From Octopus sinensis (lineage: Eukaryota): a stretch of DNA of 64,000 nucleotides. Within the stretch, counting starts at the first letter, position 1; the number at the start of each line of letters is the position of its first letter. Position numbers and translations under genes: made by a program. The notes beneath the pieces are model-generated. The model made no database searches and was not told where the DNA came from. It was given only the letters and a program-made list of their open reading frames with translations. Location: positions 39,680,001 to 39,744,000 of the forward strand of contig NC_043014.1 in assembly GCF_006345805.1 (NCBI RefSeq), written 5' to 3'. Shown here piece by piece: positions 58,721 to 64,000 of this stretch.

Positions 58721-61700
58721 TATCGCTATAGTATTTATTTATTGGCAGTAAGGGGCAGAATACATAGACCAGAATTTAGCACCCCCAACCTGTGAGGCCT
58801 CAGTGTGCCCATACATAATAATTGCCAGTGCAATATTATGTATGGGACATTAAAACAATTATAATTATCATCTATCTGCTCAAAATTCTTCTTTTACAGA
58901 TATCAATACAATTGCTTTTACAGAATTCAGTCCCACTCTAGATTTCTGCTCACTAAACAAGAGTAAGAAGCACAGCTGGTCATACTGATTAAGAACTTTC
59001 CTGTCAGATAAAGAGTCAACACAGTTTAATCTATATAACTGCCACAATTCTGTGTCACTGACAAATTCACTTAACTCTCAATGGCTGCAACTGCTTTTCG
59101 CAGACGTTGCCCTAGGGTTATTCTAAGAATTTCTTGGCATGACCATATCAGAAATAAAGTCATGGAAAAGACCAAGCTGAGTAACCTATGAAATGCCATC
59201 CTCATGAGACAGTGGAATATTGCTCCTTCCCAAGTCATATTGACCCACAGATGGTTTTCTGGTTCCTGTGGCATATATATTCCTCACTGGACAGGGCACC
59301 GGTCTGTCGCAGGAATACTCATTTTTGCCAGCTGAGTGGGTTGGAGCAATGTGAAACAAAATGTTTTGATCAAGAACACAAGACATCACACAGCCTAGGA
59401 ATTGAAACCACAGTCTTATGATCATGAGTCCAACATCCTAACCACAAAGCCACTTGCTGCCACACAGTGAAATATGTTCAACCATATTGAGGCATAGCGA
59501 TAGCAAAAACTATTCTGGTGTTATATGTGTGTGTTTGTGTACCCATCCCACCGCTTGACAGCCGGTATTGGTTTGTTTGTGTCATAATAAGTTAACGGTG
59601 CACTAAAGAGACTGATAGAATAAATACTAAGCTTAAAAATAAGTGCTGGGGTCGAGGTATTCAATCAAAACCCTTCAAGGTGGTGCCCAATCATGGCCGC
59701 AGTCCAATGACTGAAATAAGTAAAAAGATAATAAATGTGTGCCTATGTACCATGCATATTCTGAACCTGAAACCATGTAGTTAGGAAGCAAGCTTCTTAA
59801 CCACACAGCCATGTTGGCTCCTATAGTCATGTCTGTGCCTATACCAATGTCTGTAAGAAAAGAAATACTGTATAAATGAGTTTTGTTAGGTTGTTATTCT
59901 GATGGGCCTAGATAAAACAAAAGGGAATTATTCCTGCACCTCTTTCCATGAATATAGGTGCAGACATAGCTGTGAGGTAAGAAGCTTGCTTCCCAACCAC
60001 ATAGTTCTGGGTTGAGTCCCACTGCATGGCACCATAAGCAAGTCTTTCTACTACAGCTTCAGGCCAACCAAAGCCTTGTTTCCAAGATCAGTGTCAAGTG
60101 ATGCTCATCATTGACTCAATAAGTTCTGCCAAAATAGTTTACGTCTAGGTGCAGGAGTGGCTGTGTGGTAAGTAGCTTGTTTACCAACCACATGGTTCCA
60201 CATTCAATCCCAGTGCGTGGCACCTTGGGCAAGTGACTTCAGTCACCCGGCTGTGTGTTGTGTTTTTGAGCAAGACACTTTATTTCACATTGCTCCAGTT
60301 CACTCAGCTGTACAAATGAATTGTGACATCACCGATGCCAAGCTGTGTTGGTCTTTGCCTTTCCCTTGGATAACATTGGTGGCTTGGAGAGGGGATGCTG
60401 GTATGCATGGGCGACTGCTGGTCTTCCATAAACAACCTTGCTCAAAGGGTAACTTACTAGGTGCGATCCCATGGTCTTTACCATAGATATTATCATCATC
60501 ATTTAATGTCCACTTTCCATGCTAGCATGGGTTAAGCCAGGAGGCTGCACCAGGCCCAGTCTGATCTGGTAGTGTTTCTACATCTGGATGCCCTTCCTAA
60601 TGCCAACCACTCCATGAGTGTAGTGTGTGTATTTTACGTGCCACCGGCACAGGTGCCAGACGAGGCTGGCAACGGCCACGATCGGATGGTGCTTTTTAAC
60701 GTGCCACCGGCACGGAGGCCAGTCGGGGCGGCGCTGGTAATGGCCATGTTCAGATGGTTCTCTTACGTGCCACCAGCACTGGTAACACAACTACAATTTC
60801 CATTGATTTTGATTGATTTCAATTTCGATTTATATATATATATATATGTATGTATGTATATGACATTTCCTAGTACATATAAACACAAGTATTATGTATT
60901 ATTTCTATTGTTTATTTTAATGCATATATATGAGAGAGACATGAGAATTATGTTATCATGTTTGCTAAATTTATTGCTGTTGTTTTCCATAATGTGTGAC
61001 TGAGTTGTGAGAGAAAGGTGACTACCAATGCGAACTGTGTGCGAATTGGTTTCTCATGACCTGGATGTATGACATAGCCTCCAGCTGTATTAAGCTGGTC
61101 TCTGGTTAGAATTTAGAATCGAAACTTATTTATAAGAAAATGACAAAATTCTGGAAATTTTCATCAGCATTTTGGCACATAAAAATGGAAGTAGGTCTGA
61201 TTCTTAAAGTTTGATGACAATTTATCAGAGCAGTCATGAGACATTTACTCATTGCCCACATCATCATCATCATAATCATTTTAACATTCACTTTTCCATG
61301 CTTTTATGGATTGGACAGAGTTTACTGAGGCAGATTCTCTGCAGTTTGATGTCCTTCCTATCACCAACACTAACCTGTTTCCAGCCAAGATAAAATTTCC
61401 ATTGTCAGATATGTATCTGCAGAATATATTAAATGAATGACCCAGCTTCTATGACAGGGACAACCATTTACAACTGTCACATAATGTCAAGGCAAGGGGA
61501 CACACACATACACACACACACTATAGGTTTCTTTCAGTTTGCTTCTACCAAATCCACTCACAAGGCTTTATTTGACCTTGGGTTATATAGTATCAGACAT
61601 TTACCCAAGGTGCCAAGCAATGGGGCTGAACCCCAAATCATATCTCACTCATAAAAATATCCCCCAATCCTGTGAGGGCTCAGTATGCCCATACATAATA

Positions 61701-62180
61701 ATTGCCAGTGCAAGATTATCTATGGAACATTAAAAGAATTATAAATATCATCTATCTGTTCAAAATTCTTCTTTTAGAAATATCAATACAATTGCTTTTA
61801 TAGAATTCAATCTCACTCTAGAATTTCTGGCTGTGTCACTTCATTTTACTATTATCAGTCAAATATTTAATTAATTCATTAACCAATCAAAATATTTGAT
61901 CAATCAGTTGGTTCACCAGCATCCTTTCTCTGCAGTCTACAACCGTATCGTCGAGGTGCCTTGATGAAATAATTGATTTGGTAATTAATTAATTAGATAA
62001 GTAGTTGATTAATGATAATAATGATATAATGAAAACGACTAATATGTGTATTTTCTATTAGCAAAATGACTGTCCCAAAGCATATCAACATCTGATTCAA
62101 CACATGATTTCTCTGGAAGAAATCTTGCAAAACAAATACAAAAACAATGTGTCTGTCTGTCTACCTACCTACCTACCTAC

Positions 62181-62235
<55 letters not shown>

Positions 62236-62250
62236 AATGTGTATACATAT

Positions 62251-62309
<59 letters not shown>

Positions 62310-64000
62310 AGAGTTTACGAAAAAAACGAAAGACGAAGACAGGTGGTGTACAAAACAAACAGATGTATTAGTATAATGCAGGTGTGACTGTGCAGTAAGA
62401 AGTTTGGTTTCCAACCACATGGTTCCGGGTTCAGTACCACTACGTAACATCTTGGTTAAGCATCTTCATAACCCTGGTTCAACCAAAGCCTTGTGAATGA
62501 ATTTGTAGACGGAAACTGAAAGAAGTCCGTCGTACTATTTATATATAAACATTGTCATTCATATATATGTCGATCATGAATGATATTTTTGTATTTTCCC
62601 GAATTGTTTGTCTGTCCTCTCTGTGTTTGGCCCCTTGTGGGTAGTAAAGAAATAGGTATTTCGTCTGCTGTTACGTTCTGAGTTCTAATTCCGCCGATGT
62701 CAATTTTATCTTTCATTGCTTCGGAATCAATAAAATAAAGAACAGTCTCCCAGTTATATGTATCTAAAACCAAAGATAGGCTTGCATCTTTTACTTATAT
62801 ATGTATATATATATTTAGATATAGATAGATTGATTTCTAGATATATTTTGCTAAGACATAGCGATAGCAAAAACTATCCTGGTGTTATATGTGTGTGTTT
62901 GTGAGTCTATCTAACCGCTTGACAACCGGTATTGGTTTGTTTGAGTCATAATAAGTTAACGGTGCGCTAAAGAGACTGATAGAATAAATACTAAGCTTAA
63001 AAATAAGTACTGGGGTCGATGTATTCGATCAAAACCCTTCAAGGTGGTGCCCAATCATGGCCGCAGTCCAATGACTGAAATAAGTAAAAATATAATAAAT
63101 GTGTCTATCTTTGGTTTTAGGTACATATGATTGTGGGATTGCTAAAGAAACCAAAACAATCCGGAAATAAACCAAAAGAGCACAAGATATCGACATATAC
63201 ATATGCAAGACAATGTTTATATACATATAAATGTTTATATATAAAAAGGGAGTGTAAACCGAATAGGGAGTGTGTGTGCGCGCGTATATATATTCTTTTA
63301 ATTTTTTTAATTAGAGCAAAATCGACGTGAAAATGAAATAAAAATTATTAAATCACAATTTCACGCAGCGAAAATAAGCGAAAACGTGGAAGCACATCTT
63401 TTTATGGGTTGAATTAATTTTTTGCTGTTCATTTTTTTTTCTTTCACGTAGAATTTGCTTTTTGTCATTCTTCGAATCCAAATAATAACGAAATACTATT
63501 GTTTATTAACCCGAAGTTTCCCATCAGCTGCCAAACGAAATGTTACACACTGCAGTTTGCTTAAAGTACAAAAGGACCCCCGTATTCAACCCCCGTTTTA
63601 CCCCAGTTTCCAATTTAATTTGCAAGACTTAACTCAACCTTCGGCTATCATGAGAGAACAAAAAAATTGTCGAATGTAGTATGATCGAACCCGAATTCTC
63701 CAAGGCTGGGTGGTGAACCTCTTAATCATTGGGGTATATTTCTCGTCCATGTATCACTAATACTGTAGATATTTTGCTTAAATGATTTTGCACAATAAAA
63801 TTGCTGGTAATTAGGTTTATATCTATTTCCTTTTGGTTAATTTTTCGTGAATTATGGTCTCCCATGGAGGACAGACACCGGTTGCAGAATATTGTTCTAT
63901 ATAATGATAATAAATAGCATAATAATGTTTGTTTAACTTTAAGTCTAGTCCTTGATAGAGGAGACGTGTACATTTTATAATATATCATTGCTTTTTAGCT

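Noticed and set aside
42500-64000. A second protein-coding gene divergent from trx
   Set aside because: No chain of phase-compatible exons or recognisable domain was found. The listed ORFs map to repeats.

Overview
This is AT-rich animal genomic DNA dense in (TA)n/(TG)n microsatellites, tRNA-headed SINEs, an RTE LINE and MITEs. The repeat landscape looks coleoid cephalopod (Octopus-like); that is an inference, not a database result. The main feature is the 5' part of a trithorax/KMT2A-B (MLL1/2) histone H3K4 methyltransferase gene on the minus strand. I traced 19 coding exons by hand from ATG 41432 to 1285. All splice phases are consistent, giving 6909 nt = 2303 codons, and the gene continues off the left edge (ePHD, FYRN/FYRC and SET are not in the window). 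The protein has a menin-binding RFPGRP motif, a LEDGF-type FxGF motif, an AT-hook, SNL1, a nuclear-receptor-type C4 double zinc finger and a CXXC domain. These are followed by PHD1-3 and an atypical bromodomain interrupted by a ~650-aa Ser/Thr-rich insert. The model needs a GC-AG intron after exon 2. About 42.5-64 kb is intergenic and repeat-rich, with no second protein-coding gene I can support. The most unusual signals are: (i) degenerate hammerhead-ribozyme cores at 25.2 kb and, as an inverted pair, at 51.1-51.3 kb, pointing to Penelope-like/retrozyme-type elements; (ii) long near-perfect fold-back palindromes at 17.6-18.2, 25.0 and 44.1-44.8 kb that each abut a (TA)n run; (iii) a pre-miRNA-sized intronic hairpin; (iv) a ~7.5-kb transposon-free zone over intron 1 and the promoter with clustered YY1/Pho motifs. 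All analysis was by eye. Repeat coordinates are approximate unless a TSD is cited.
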